In this document: in pieces, positions 8,695-18,339 of the stretch
Layout: every line of letters begins with the position of its first letter
How positions within the stretch are numbered: the first letter of the stretch is position 1
DNA from: a virus
Lineage: Duplodnaviria > Caudoviricetes
Strand: one strand, 5' to 3'
Length of the DNA stretch: 64,000 nt
Virus record (IMG/VR): IMGVR_UViG_3300013121_000025
Coordinates: 1 to 64,000 of that record
The notes under the pieces: generated by a model
Told to the model about the DNA's origin: nothing
Seen by the model: only the letters and a program-made list of their open reading frames with translations
Database searches by the model: none
Program-made: the position numbers and the translations under genes

Positions 8695-8948
8695 TGGAAT
8701 ATACGACTAATTATAGATTGAAGAAAACAACAGACGGTGGTGTTAAACTTCAACGTTCTCTTTCTCTCGGAGTAGTAGAATATTGGGTTGATATTAATAC
8801 TGTCGAGGCAGATGAACCTGATTCATATGATTTACAAATGATAAGAAAAGACTTCATTAAACAATATGAAGAAGAGTACGGACATAAAATTCACTGTAAT
8901 TTAATGCAATTAGCAAGTGATGGTACTTGTGATTGTAAAGAGAGTTAA
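8694..8948 (+). CDS. Hypothetical protein
   Basis: TAATG coupling to the previous ORF. Confidence 0.55.
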   Translation: MEYTTNYRLKKTTDGGVKLQRSLSLGVVEYWVDINTVEADEPDSYDLQMIRKDFIKQYEEEYGHKIHCNLMQLASDGTCDCKES

Positions 8949-9709
8949 TTTCTTAACTCTTTTCTAACTTCGAGCAAATCATTTAATCTTGTTTGACTAT
9001 TAGGCGAATCCATTAGAATTATAACAGCATCTTGTTGTTTAACTATAATGCATTTGCCTGCTTCATTTGTAAAACCTGTTTTTGAAATAAGGATATCGTT
9101 TCCATTTTCATTTCGAATAAGAGGATTCGTATTTTTAAAGGTCTGAGTCCGTTTTCCAATTTTTGCAGTATATTTTGAGGTAGTTGATAATTCAATAATA
9201 GTAGGATACATTGCTGCTGCATCAACTAATATTGCCAAATCTTTTGCTGTTGAAACATTCTTCGCAGATAGTCCTGTACCATCGACAAATTTCGTATTAT
9301 ACATTCCCAATTCAATTGCTTTTTTATTCATTGCCTTAATAGCAGCCTTTGATCCTTTAGGATAATTTCTAACAAGTGCGGCGGCTGCTCTGTTCTCTGA
9401 CGACATTAATGCAAGTAGTAAAAGTTGTTTTCTTGTTAATTTCGTACCATAATTCAAACGTGAATTAGTATTTTTAATGGTATCTTTGTCCATTTGTTTT
9501 ATCGTTATCTGATCTTCTAAAGACTGATTAGCATCGAGAATAACAATAGCAGTCATTAATTTAGTTATAGAAGCAATAGGAATTTGTTTATCAGCATTTA
9601 TGTCGTAGAGAGGACGTTTGTCTTTATCAACAACGTATACAACATTAGAATTAAATGCTGCATGACACACAGAGGAAAGAAGGAATAACAAAATGGCAAA
9701 GTATTTCAT
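8945..9709 (-). CDS. pbpG: D-alanyl-D-alanine endopeptidase/carboxypeptidase, peptidase S11 (PBP7/PbpG-like), secreted
   Basis: SITK (SxxK), SEN (SxN) and KTG motifs; signal peptide from ATG 9709 (AGGAG RBS). Confidence 0.88.
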   Translation of the reverse strand: MKYFAILLFLLSSVCHAAFNSNVVYVVDKDKRPLYDINADKQIPIASITKLMTAIVILDANQSLEDQITIKQMDKDTIKNTNSRLNYGTKLTRKQLLLLALMSSENRAAAALVRNYPKGSKAAIKAMNKKAIELGMYNTKFVDGTGLSAKNVSTAKDLAILVDAAAMYPTIIELSTTSKYTAKIGKRTQTFKNTNPLIRNENGNDILISKTGFTNEAGKCIIVKQQDAVIILMDSPNSQTRLNDLLEVRKELRN

Positions 9710-9756
9710 TGATTTTCTCCTATATCCTATTAGTATATAGTGAAAATCAATGAAAA

Positions 9757-10467
9757 TCAAATTTCTTGGACTTTTTTATCCAATAACCATTTATTATACA
9801 ATGGATATCTAATAGCATAATAATGATCACAATTAATCATTATTTCGTGTCCTGATGCTATTGCTTTTGACAAATCATCATTTTCACGATAACCAAGAGA
9901 TGGAAGTAATTCATTAGTAACAAACTTTTCGATATCAGCAGACGAAGCGTGACGAATTATATGATTTTTAGCCTGTTCTTTATCATACGTTGTTTCAGCA
10001 TATCGCACTTCATCAAATTGTTCAGCATATTCATTCCATATAATCATATCATCTTGAAGATTATACAAATCTTCAATCTTTGGTGACCAACAAAAATCAA
10101 AATTACCAGCTGGAAATATAATAGTTACATTGCTATAACGATTTACATAATCTGCTGTATTATCGGTATAACCATTAGCCATACGTAATGATCCTGTAGC
10201 AAACACAGCATTAGAGCGATATGGGTGATTAAATTCGTTATAGAAATATTGATCGTATGCTTTGTGCAGTTCAATAGTAGAGTTTCTAGGGTGTCTGTCT
10301 TTTGGAGTTGGTAGACGAACAGATCTTTCAATAGTACTAAACCCACGATACATAGGTCTATGTTCATTGAGAGGATTAACGGATAGGTAAGGTTTACAAT
10401 CACGTTTGATACGATTATACAATGAATTGAAGTTATAATCTGCTTCGAGAAGTTCTATTACTTTCAT
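9757..10467 (-). CDS. Putative virion-packaged protein with possible ADP-ribosyltransferase fold
   Basis: MKVIELLE N-terminus; YRG...FATGS...HEIMI; late-promoter-like GTAAATA upstream. Confidence 0.45.
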   Translation of the reverse strand: MKVIELLEADYNFNSLYNRIKRDCKPYLSVNPLNEHRPMYRGFSTIERSVRLPTPKDRHPRNSTIELHKAYDQYFYNEFNHPYRSNAVFATGSLRMANGYTDNTADYVNRYSNVTIIFPAGNFDFCWSPKIEDLYNLQDDMIIWNEYAEQFDEVRYAETTYDKEQAKNHIIRHASSADIEKFVTNELLPSLGYRENDDLSKAIASGHEIMINCDHYYAIRYPLYNKWLLDKKVQEI

Positions 10468-10539
10468 GTATGGTAAGGTTATTGATAGTTGTATTTACTG
10501 AATAAATTCATTATAATCTAATAAACTTTAGGAGGTTAT

Positions 10540-10749
10540 ATGATTTATTATGTAAGTGCTATTTTCTTGATTTGGATTGCGTTAGCCACGTTTTTTGTAT
10601 TGAGTAAATATAGCAATCTTGAAATTTTTTGTGCTCTCGGATGGCACAAATGTCCGAATATTTTGTATGGGGACGATGATGACATCAAAGGCAAATGTCC
10701 ACGTTGTGGTAAGACTGTAAACCAAGATGCAGGCGGACAGTGGAAATAA
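10540..10749 (+). CDS. Small membrane protein with Zn-ribbon-like Cys motifs
   Basis: TM helix; C..GWH, CPRCG; AGGAGG RBS. Confidence 0.7.
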   Translation: MIYYVSAIFLIWIALATFFVLSKYSNLEIFCALGWHKCPNILYGDDDDIKGKCPRCGKTVNQDAGGQWK

Positions 10750-10774
10750 ATAAAGTATACAGATTTATAATATT

Positions 10775-11179
10775 ATGAAATTATCAACATTAATCAATGA
10801 ATCGGAAAGTGAGAGCATTATTCCAGAAGCTCCTGATTCTGTGTGGCAAAGTAGTACTTCCAGACCTGGTGTTCCTACTCCGTTTCAGGTCGTTCTTAAT
10901 CTTCAAAGGTTGCCAGCAGAGCAATATGGTTACCGATACCAAGATGTTGAAGATTATATATTGGCAGATTCGTATGCGTGTTTAGAATATGCGTGTTTTT
11001 ATATTCAAAAACGATGGATAGAGGCTGAGCCTATTATTGCTACCAATGCGAAAATTTCCTATGATTATGCTGTCCAAGTTATGCGGGGAAGGTTTCCTCT
11101 CGGAGAACGGACTATGAAGAAGAATGATGATATATGGATTAAATATATAATGCATTTAAAAAAGACAGAACCGAAATGA
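10775..11179 (+). CDS. Hypothetical protein (RWxEAEP repeat family), paralog of the next gene
   Basis: YA..I.KRWIEAEPII; MKLSTLINES N-terminus. Confidence 0.7.
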   Translation: MKLSTLINESESESIIPEAPDSVWQSSTSRPGVPTPFQVVLNLQRLPAEQYGYRYQDVEDYILADSYACLEYACFYIQKRWIEAEPIIATNAKISYDYAVQVMRGRFPLGERTMKKNDDIWIKYIMHLKKTEPK

Positions 11180-11553
11180 AAATCAATGATGTTGTAAACG
11201 AAAGTATTAGTGAGCCTGAAACCCCGCAAGAATTTTGGTCTGCTGCTCTGTCCGTCTGTGTCACGGGATCTACTGCTAATATCACAACCAGGGAACGTGA
11301 AGAACTACGTAACCGTAATTATCCTGAGATTGAACGTTGGGCGTTAACACAAGGTCCTGTGTATGTTAGAAATTATGCTGTTGCTATATTTCCAAGAGTT
11401 CGATGGATAGAGGCTGAACCTATTCTCAGAACTGTTCCTTTATACTATTACCAGTATATTGATAGATTGCGTTTAACCACCCCTATAAATGATAGTATGC
11501 GGAAGTTTTATCGTAATTATAACAAAAGTATGGGATTTGATGTAGACGACTAA
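11176..11553 (+). CDS. Hypothetical protein (RWxEAEP family)
   Basis: RWIEAEPIL; 17-bp DNA identity (11012 vs 11401) with the previous gene. Confidence 0.7.
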   Translation: MKINDVVNESISEPETPQEFWSAALSVCVTGSTANITTREREELRNRNYPEIERWALTQGPVYVRNYAVAIFPRVRWIEAEPILRTVPLYYYQYIDRLRLTTPINDSMRKFYRNYNKSMGFDVDD

Positions 11554-11937
11554 TTACTTAGTTTCCTTTCCACCAATAATAACTTGAAACACTGGTCTTG
11601 AAGGTTTCTTTTCGATAATAGGATCTGGAGTATCTACAAACGTTGATACTTTTTGTGGAATCTTATTCATATCCACTTTCCCTACTTGGTGGGGCCATGA
11701 CATTAGAGTCAAAGATATATTTTCCTCTTTCAATTCAAACCCTTTAATTTTATTTTTAAGCACTTGTGCTTTTAATAATTGTTCGATTGAATAAATGTCG
11801 GATTCGTCTTTTGGTTTTCTGGTTAGGAAAATTGTGGTATTAAAACGACGCGACCGATCAGTATACGTGTTTCTAACTTCGAAGGAGATCCAATACTTAT
11901 ACGCATAGCTGATCGGTGTTGTCGAATCTGAACTCAT
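11554..11937 (-). CDS. Hypothetical protein
   Basis: 127-aa ORF, AAGGA RBS, C-terminal FQVIIGGK. Confidence 0.7.
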   Translation of the reverse strand: MSSDSTTPISYAYKYWISFEVRNTYTDRSRRFNTTIFLTRKPKDESDIYSIEQLLKAQVLKNKIKGFELKEENISLTLMSWPHQVGKVDMNKIPQKVSTFVDTPDPIIEKKPSRPVFQVIIGGKETK

Positions 11938-11999
11938 TAAAACTGCTTCCTTATAATAAGAGATTTATGATATATTATATCATAAATCGAATTAACCAG

Positions 12000-13424
12000 T
12001 CAACGATAATAATTCATGAAAGCCTGAATTTCTTCCAATGATTTTTTAGAGAATGACTGAAAATAACCAAGTTTTGTACGACCATATAAAATATCTTGTA
12101 CTCTGTGCGCGAACTCGTATTTCATTAAATATAAAATCTCTGTTTCAAATAAGATATTATTATAAAGTTTATGGGATGGATGATATAAATTTAGTAACAA
12201 TTGAATATTTGAACCGTATGTTGTCTTCCATCTTTCAAAAATGTGTTCTGGTATAAATGGGTAATCTTTTGCTTCTTGTAATGGTTTAAACACATTACAA
12301 GGTAATTTTGTTATATGGGACACACTTGGTGTTCTAGTTAATTTATCAACTACTTCTTTTGCCAATATTCTATAAGTAGTAATTTTTCCACCATATATTG
12401 TAATGGTATTTTTATCTCGATTTTCAACTATCTTATATCCTCTTGTATTTGTTCTAGCGTCGTTTCCATCCTCAATTAAGGGTCGAACACCTGCGTATGA
12501 TACTAATACAGAGTTATGGGTCAAATGATAATCAGGTAACAAAAATTGATTAATATTGTTTATAAGATAATCCAATTCTTTTTCTGATATCTTCCACGAC
12601 GATGATTGATCAAGTGCACATGGCTCTTCTGTTGTTCCGATTAGTGTTGTATTGTTGAGATAAGGAACTGCAAATAACACTCTATTATCTTCGGTTTGAA
12701 AAGTAAATGCTTGAGTCGGATGGATAGAAGGCACAATAATATGTGAACCTTTAACGTGTGATATATTAACAGCTGGAGGAGTATCATCGTAAGTAGCATG
12801 TACTTCATTAACCCATGGGCCTGCTGCATTGATTAAACATTTAGCGTACAAGGTGTGTATTTTCCCATGTTGTGAAGCTGTAATTTTCCATTCATCAGAT
12901 ACTTTATCTATATTATGAATTGTTGTATATGTTAAGATATTAGCGTTATATTGTTTTGCTTTCATTGCATTAACAATTACCAAACGTGAATCATCTGTAA
13001 CGCAGTCGGAATATTCAAAACCTTTTAAGTACTTTTGATTTAAAGAGGATTGATTCAGAGTTTTAAAAGTACTTCGTTCATCGGTTCGGATTTTTGTAAG
13101 ATGATCGTATAAAAACAAGCCTAAACGTACGAACCATGTAGGGCGTTTATCTGTTAGTGGTAAGAAAAAACGCTGTGATCTAACCATATTTTGAGCAATA
13201 TTTTGAAGTATTGTACGCTCTTGCAGAGATTCTCTTACTAAAGAGAATTCATTCTGTTCCAAATATCTTAATCCACCATGAATCATCTTTGAACTGGACG
13301 AGGAAGTATATGCTGCGAGATCTGAACGCTCAATCAAAGTAACAGACAAACCGCGCTCAGCAGCTTCTGCTGCTATGCCGCATCCATTTATACCACCACC
13401 GATTATAATTATGTCTGTTTTCAT
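12000..13424 (-). CDS. glpD: FAD-dependent glycerol-3-phosphate dehydrogenase
   Basis: IIGGGINGCGIA, TSSSSSKMIHGGLRYLE, DDSRLV, NAAGPW, YAGVRPL, GGKITTYR. Confidence 0.93.
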   Translation of the reverse strand: MKTDIIIIGGGINGCGIAAEAAERGLSVTLIERSDLAAYTSSSSSKMIHGGLRYLEQNEFSLVRESLQERTILQNIAQNMVRSQRFFLPLTDKRPTWFVRLGLFLYDHLTKIRTDERSTFKTLNQSSLNQKYLKGFEYSDCVTDDSRLVIVNAMKAKQYNANILTYTTIHNIDKVSDEWKITASQHGKIHTLYAKCLINAAGPWVNEVHATYDDTPPAVNISHVKGSHIIVPSIHPTQAFTFQTEDNRVLFAVPYLNNTTLIGTTEEPCALDQSSSWKISEKELDYLINNINQFLLPDYHLTHNSVLVSYAGVRPLIEDGNDARTNTRGYKIVENRDKNTITIYGGKITTYRILAKEVVDKLTRTPSVSHITKLPCNVFKPLQEAKDYPFIPEHIFERWKTTYGSNIQLLLNLYHPSHKLYNNILFETEILYLMKYEFAHRVQDILYGRTKLGYFQSFSKKSLEEIQAFMNYYR

Positions 13425-13771
13425 TTTGTGAATATATTTTTTATTTTGTTTATTATATTATATGGAAACTTTTGTTGTTCATGAATAGACTTGTTGATCC
13501 ATGCTTTCCATTCAGCGTCAGTTTTTCCAACGAGATTTGTTACTTCTTCACCAAGAATATCGACAATAAAATTTCTTGCTTCTTCATCAGAAGTAATGAT
13601 AGTAGATGGTAAATGATTGTTATATACTACAGAGAGGATAACACGTACGAGGGTTATATTGAGTTTAGCAATATATTGATCTATATCTTTATGATTATAG
13701 TCTTTTAATTTGTTTTGATATGCTTTTATTGCTACAATTAATGCTTTAATTTGATCTTCATCGTATTTCAT
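13421..13771 (-). CDS. Hypothetical protein
   Basis: ATGA-coupled to its neighbours. Confidence 0.65.
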   Translation of the reverse strand: MKYDEDQIKALIVAIKAYQNKLKDYNHKDIDQYIAKLNITLVRVILSVVYNNHLPSTIITSDEEARNFIVDILGEEVTNLVGKTDAEWKAWINKSIHEQQKFPYNIINKIKNIFTK

Positions 13772-14013
13772 TTTTTCTCAATATCAATAATCATCGCTTC
13801 CCATGATTCTGGTTTTACTTTTGTCCAATATTCTTCTCCTGTGTCAAATGCACACACATAGTACCAAGTTGTATTGAAAAGTTGTCTATACCAGCGTTTC
13901 GATTCAAGATATTCTTTCATAGTTAATCCAATGAAAATAACTAACAGTTTAACAATTCTTGAGTATCGTTGTATGTTTTCTTTCATATTGTATTTAGGTT
14001 AAAAAATAAGGGA

Positions 14014-14199
14014 TTACGCGTGACGACGAAGTTTAATGTTGTAGAGTTTGAGAGTAGTGGAAGGTAATAAACAGATTTTCTCTTTAAGTTCAAGTTCGTA
14101 TAATTGCTTATCAAATTCCTGATCTAAGAGTGGAAGAAAGGCTACTCCTTTTGCAAGAAGTAATTGAAGCTGATCAATGTTACATGAATTTTTCTTCAT
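14014..14199 (-). CDS. Hypothetical protein
   Basis: 61-aa ORF with AAGGA RBS. Confidence 0.5.
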   Translation of the reverse strand: MKKNSCNIDQLQLLLAKGVAFLPLLDQEFDKQLYELELKEKICLLPSTTLKLYNIKLRRHA

Positions 14200-14265
14200 T
14201 GTAACAATCCTTAATTCACATTACTATTTATTACCTTTTGGTACTAAATTACTATCTCCACAATT

Positions 14266-14688
14266 TTATTGCAAAATTCGTTCTGTAATAAAATAATATG
14301 CTTGCTCTACTATAGGCTTGTGTAAATCGCGTCCAATGTTCATGAATTGATCTTTTGTTAACCATCCTACTTGACCTGTTTCATAATGAGGAGCATTAAA
14401 ATCAGTTACACTTTTAACTTGAACAATATGAATATACATACGTCCAAGATATCGTCCCATAAAATATACATCATTAATAGTATTGGTCATTAGCAACCCT
14501 AGCTCTTCTTCTGCTTCTCTGACAGCTGCAGTTTCATAATTTTCACCAGGATCCACTTTCCCTTTTGCTATTTGAAATTCTGCTCCACCATAAGTTGGAT
14601 CTGATGGAATCATAAACATCATAAGAATCTCACCTTCGTCCGTTACATAAAACGGAATCATACCTGCTCTATCTACTTTTGTTGTCAT
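14266..14688 (-). CDS. Nudix hydrolase
   Basis: Nudix box GKVDPGENYETAAVREAEEELG. Confidence 0.9.
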   Translation of the reverse strand: MTTKVDRAGMIPFYVTDEGEILMMFMIPSDPTYGGAEFQIAKGKVDPGENYETAAVREAEEELGLLMTNTINDVYFMGRYLGRMYIHIVQVKSVTDFNAPHYETGQVGWLTKDQFMNIGRDLHKPIVEQAYYFITERILQ

Positions 14689-14698
14689 TTTTGTTTCC

Positions 14699-15568
14699 TT
14701 ATGCTAAACTCGCATATAAATGGATTTGAAGATTTAGAATAAATCCATACTTCAATGCATATTTTGCTGTATATTCATGGTTAATTTGATTGGCTTTCAT
14801 ATCCAATAACCCTTCATCCCAAAAGGAAATAACCTCATCCACATTTGATCTTTCTTCAATAGTAATGTTATCTTTTTTAGCTCTAAGTTGTTTAGATTTC
14901 TCAGGTTCTGTTTTGTAAATGTTCATAGGACTTACAAATATAGGCTTTCCTGTATTCTTTGCCCACTCATGAGCCCAGTCCGGTACTTCACTATATGGAC
15001 TAAATCTTTCATTTGGAGCAGCCATCACGAATTTCAAACAATCAGCTCTTTCTAAGGTTGCGGGATTCGGTTTAAGATATTTTGTTGCTACTTTATCTTT
15101 TTCATTACATTTTGGACTTACAACATATGTAGTTGACGAATCTAAATCAACATGTATAATACCATTTGATTCTATTTGTGAAATTGGATACCATTTTTTA
15201 GCATACTCAAGAAATGATTTAAGATTAGGTTGTATAGTTGGTTCTCCACCAGTCATTACAAGAATAATTTTACGATTTTCCCCTATTGCCCACGAAGGTA
15301 TTTCCATGTTGTTACTTTTATAAAAATTACTAATCTCATTGTCACACTGTGTTAGTAATTCATCAAATGACAAATTTTCACCTGAATCAAAATAAGTATC
15401 ACAAAAGGAACAATCAAGATTACACATGGCTAATCTAACAAACATTGCTGGATGTCCACGATACGGACCTTCCCCTTGAAGAGTATAGAAGCGAGAGGTT
15501 ACCATTAATTTATTTGTTTCTTGCCCTTTAAAGAATTTTTTACCTACGATTGTATTATTACCGAACAT
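14699..15568 (-). CDS. queE: 7-carboxy-7-deazaguanine synthase (radical SAM)
   Basis: FYTLQGEG, FVRLAMCNLDCSFCDT (CxxxCxxC), TGGEP, ESNG, VSPK, LQIH. Confidence 0.92.
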   Translation of the reverse strand: MFGNNTIVGKKFFKGQETNKLMVTSRFYTLQGEGPYRGHPAMFVRLAMCNLDCSFCDTYFDSGENLSFDELLTQCDNEISNFYKSNNMEIPSWAIGENRKIILVMTGGEPTIQPNLKSFLEYAKKWYPISQIESNGIIHVDLDSSTTYVVSPKCNEKDKVATKYLKPNPATLERADCLKFVMAAPNERFSPYSEVPDWAHEWAKNTGKPIFVSPMNIYKTEPEKSKQLRAKKDNITIEERSNVDEVISFWDEGLLDMKANQINHEYTAKYALKYGFILNLQIHLYASLA

Positions 15569-15574
15569 ATTTAT

Positions 15575-16063
15575 TTACTCCGTTAATTTACGATCTTCTG
15601 GACGATGACCTTCGACCGAAGAAGAATTTTCAGGTGTTTCAAATACTGTCACTTTACGACACCAAACACTATGTGCTTCACTTCTATAACCATTTTCTGG
15701 CAACCAAATATCATTCATATAATTATAGAGGAATTCAGACAATCCTTCGCATCCAGTCTTTTCAACTTCAACCATTTTACATAATCCTTTTTCATGAAGC
15801 ATTTTAAAAGTTGCATATTCTGGATCGTCTGATGCAACAAGAAGAGTGTGATCGAAGTGATCATTTAAAAATTCACGCAACGACTTAAAACCACCATAAT
15901 CAGCTACCCAGTTGCGCACATCCACGGTGTCAGATTCGAATTCGAAATGAAAAGCAATCGCATACCCATGAATTAATTTGCATGCACTATCTGCTTTCCA
16001 TTGTCTGTATGCGATAGAATATCCACGCTCGTGACTATATCTTTTAGTTGTTACATATTTCAT
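15575..16063 (-). CDS. queD: 6-carboxy-5,6,7,8-tetrahydropterin synthase
   Basis: C.LIHGY, WVADYG, FDHT, GCE, VFETPEN; adjacent to queE. Confidence 0.9.
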   Translation of the reverse strand: MKYVTTKRYSHERGYSIAYRQWKADSACKLIHGYAIAFHFEFESDTVDVRNWVADYGGFKSLREFLNDHFDHTLLVASDDPEYATFKMLHEKGLCKMVEVEKTGCEGLSEFLYNYMNDIWLPENGYRSEAHSVWCRKVTVFETPENSSSVEGHRPEDRKLTE

Positions 16064-17078
16064 TATATTTCTCCTGTATAGTTTGTTTTATAAACTGAAG
16101 TTTATTATTAAGATCTATTATACTTAAATCAGATCTGATAATCAATATATTCCATCCGCGATCTTCCGCGTGTTTGATTTTTGCTTTATCCCATTCATAT
16201 TTTTCTTTTAAAGAAGTAAATCGTCCTTTTGGTAATTTACCAGTCGGATTCTCAATTATTTGCTGTTCAGTAGGATGCCATGCAGCTCCATCATATTCAA
16301 CTATTATTTTTAATTGTCTGATTGTAAAATCATATGAATGTTTAATGCTTTGATCTTCATTCCAAATAATCCACTCATTTTTGTTATCTCCACCATAATA
16401 AACCTCGTGGGATGATATTCCTTTCGAGGTACAATAATCATGTAACAATTTAAACACTTCCAATGCTTTCTTTGTGCTCTTATTTCGAGGAATTTGAGTT
16501 CCTTCGTACCATTTTTTATATCGAATATTACCCTCTTCTTCCCCATATTTCTCTATGAAATATTGAAGTCGTGGTTTACCAGCCCAAGGCTTCGTTATGT
16601 TACTCAATGCTTGTTTTCGATTGTTGCAAGCTGTATTATATCTACGTGTTCCTTCTTCTTCTCCGTACTTTTCACACAAATACTCTTTACTTGCTTTTGC
16701 TTTCAACCACACCTCATACTTTTTGATTCCTTCTTCCTGTCCGTATAACTCTATGAATCTTTCTTTTGATTGTGATTTTTTAGATATAACTTCATCATAT
16801 CTACGTTGTCCTTCTTCCTGTCCATACTTACGTTGATAATTAGAAAGTGTTTGAATAGATCGTGTACGAAAATCTTCAAATTTTGCATTCCCTTCTATTT
16901 CACCATATCTTTCAATATACCATTCTCTTGATAAGCGTTTAAAATTAGATTTATTCTTTCTCGCTGCCGCTATATTATTCACCCAATTTTGTTTTAGTTG
17001 TAGGGCCAATTGTGTATCGTTATTTGCTTTATATAAAAACCATTCCCACGAATGAGGTTTTTTTGTTTCAATTTTCAT
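16044..17078 (-). CDS. Putative free-standing homing endonuclease (repeated YGEEEG DNA-binding units + Vsr/DUF559-like PD-(D/E)XK domain)
   Basis: Five YG(E/Q)(I/E)EG repeats; YDF...IIVEYDG..WH; TATAAATA upstream; overlaps the queD start. Confidence 0.72.
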   Translation of the reverse strand: MKIETKKPHSWEWFLYKANNDTQLALQLKQNWVNNIAAARKNKSNFKRLSREWYIERYGEIEGNAKFEDFRTRSIQTLSNYQRKYGQEEGQRRYDEVISKKSQSKERFIELYGQEEGIKKYEVWLKAKASKEYLCEKYGEEEGTRRYNTACNNRKQALSNITKPWAGKPRLQYFIEKYGEEEGNIRYKKWYEGTQIPRNKSTKKALEVFKLLHDYCTSKGISSHEVYYGGDNKNEWIIWNEDQSIKHSYDFTIRQLKIIVEYDGAAWHPTEQQIIENPTGKLPKGRFTSLKEKYEWDKAKIKHAEDRGWNILIIRSDLSIIDLNNKLQFIKQTIQEKYNEICNN

Positions 17079-17102
17079 TGCATATCCATGTATTGTATTA
17101 AA

Positions 17103-17110
17103 TATTTATA
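17103..17110 (-). promoter_or_regulatory. T4-like late promoter
   Basis: TATAAATA on -, about 25 nt before the nuclease ATG. Confidence 0.65.
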
Positions 17111-17133
17111 ATATAAAATTACATGTTTACTAA

Positions 17134-17589
17134 TCAATGACGATTCATTCTAATATTTTGTTCCCACGGAAAATGAATAAAAGGAGAAACAGCAGGTAAC
17201 GTCCACCAATGAATATCAGGTTTAAAGATACTTGTTTCTTTGCAATATATAGTTGCTGTTTTAACTTCGTGTTTAGAATTATAATATGAAGATACTTCAA
17301 GCAAAGTATGTCCACCGTCCGCAATTTCATCAACAATTAGCATACGTTCGCAATCAAAATCTATAAATTTGTTATTATGATTTTTATCATTTCCTTTTCC
17401 TTTTTTAGACGAATAATATAGTAATTGAAAAGGAACATTCATGGTTTGTGATAAAATTAATGCAGGGTATGTACCTCCCCTAGCTAGACCTAAAATTAAA
17501 TCAGGTTGAAAATTTACCTTATCTAAATAATCCATAATATGGTTAAGAGCAAAATGTATGTTGTCGTAAGAAGGATGTGTTAAAATCAT
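17134..17589 (-). CDS. Type I purine phosphoribosyltransferase (Gpt/XGPRT-like)
   Basis: LGLARGG, PRPP loop LIVDEIADGGHTL, C-terminal IHFPWE. Confidence 0.87.
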   Translation of the reverse strand: MILTHPSYDNIHFALNHIMDYLDKVNFQPDLILGLARGGTYPALILSQTMNVPFQLLYYSSKKGKGNDKNHNNKFIDFDCERMLIVDEIADGGHTLLEVSSYYNSKHEVKTATIYCKETSIFKPDIHWWTLPAVSPFIHFPWEQNIRMNRH

Positions 17590-17702
17590 TGTACCTTAAT
17601 GTCCTCTAATTGTTTAAGTTGTTTCCGAATATGTTTCTTGCTTATTTTGCCTTGTTTTAATTGTAATAAGTATCTATTTAAGTATGTTTGTAGATCAAAC
17701 AT
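17586..17702 (-). CDS. Small basic protein, 38 aa (not in ORF track)
   Basis: MFDLQTYLNRYLLQLKQGKISKKHIRKQLKQLEDIKVQ; fills the gap and is ATGA-coupled to the PRTase. Confidence 0.5.
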   Translation of the reverse strand: MFDLQTYLNRYLLQLKQGKISKKHIRKQLKQLEDIKVQ

Positions 17703-17703
17703 G

Positions 17704-18339
17704 TTATTCACCAAGTACTGCTAATTTAAACATTTTTTGGATTCTACGCACTGCTTTAACAGTAAGTTTAATATCTTCCAAAGCATTGTGCTCTTGACGT
17801 TCTTTAAATCCGAGCAAATTAAATAAATCGTCAGAATTGTAAGTTCCGAACAATGTCCATCCAAGTGGATAAGTATCAATTAATCTATTGCTGAAACTTA
17901 ATTCAATACCTTGTCTGCGCATTAATCTTAAAAGGAATGCTTTGTCAAACATTACATTATGTCCTAATAAACTAATATAGCTATCCGGACCCCAATATTT
18001 CAAAATAAGATTAGCAATTTGCATTACTGCTTGTTCTTCTGTAACTCCATTTTTCTTTAAGTATTCACGTGTCAGTCCGTGTACTTTTTCAGTGCCAGCG
18101 TCCCATGTATAATCACCTGCTACTTGGATTTCAACATATAAAGATTCTACTTCTTTTAATGTATCAGCATCTAATACTACAAATCCCCACGATACAGAAG
18201 GAAAGATTTCTCCCGTTTTTGGGTTGTAAGAAGGATCATCACATCCCAATGCTACACCACCTGTTTCACAATCTAAAGCAAGGACATATTTAAAATAGCC
18301 TTTTGGTTTATCATTCTTCTTCATCGTTCCATTCTCCAT
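17704..18339 (-). CDS. DEDDh 3'-5' exonuclease (DnaQ/RNase T-like)
   Basis: LDCETGG, GHNVMFD, IDT, HNALED. Confidence 0.9.
   Translation of the reverse strand: MENGTMKKNDKPKGYFKYVLALDCETGGVALGCDDPSYNPKTGEIFPSVSWGFVVLDADTLKEVESLYVEIQVAGDYTWDAGTEKVHGLTREYLKKNGVTEEQAVMQIANLILKYWGPDSYISLLGHNVMFDKAFLLRLMRRQGIELSFSNRLIDTYPLGWTLFGTYNSDDLFNLLGFKERQEHNALEDIKLTVKAVRRIQKMFKLAVLGE

Noticed and set aside
13768-13986. 72-aa ORF as annotated
   Set aside because: Start is ambiguous (probably the internal MKEYLES) and no function is recognisable, so it was left out of the feature list.
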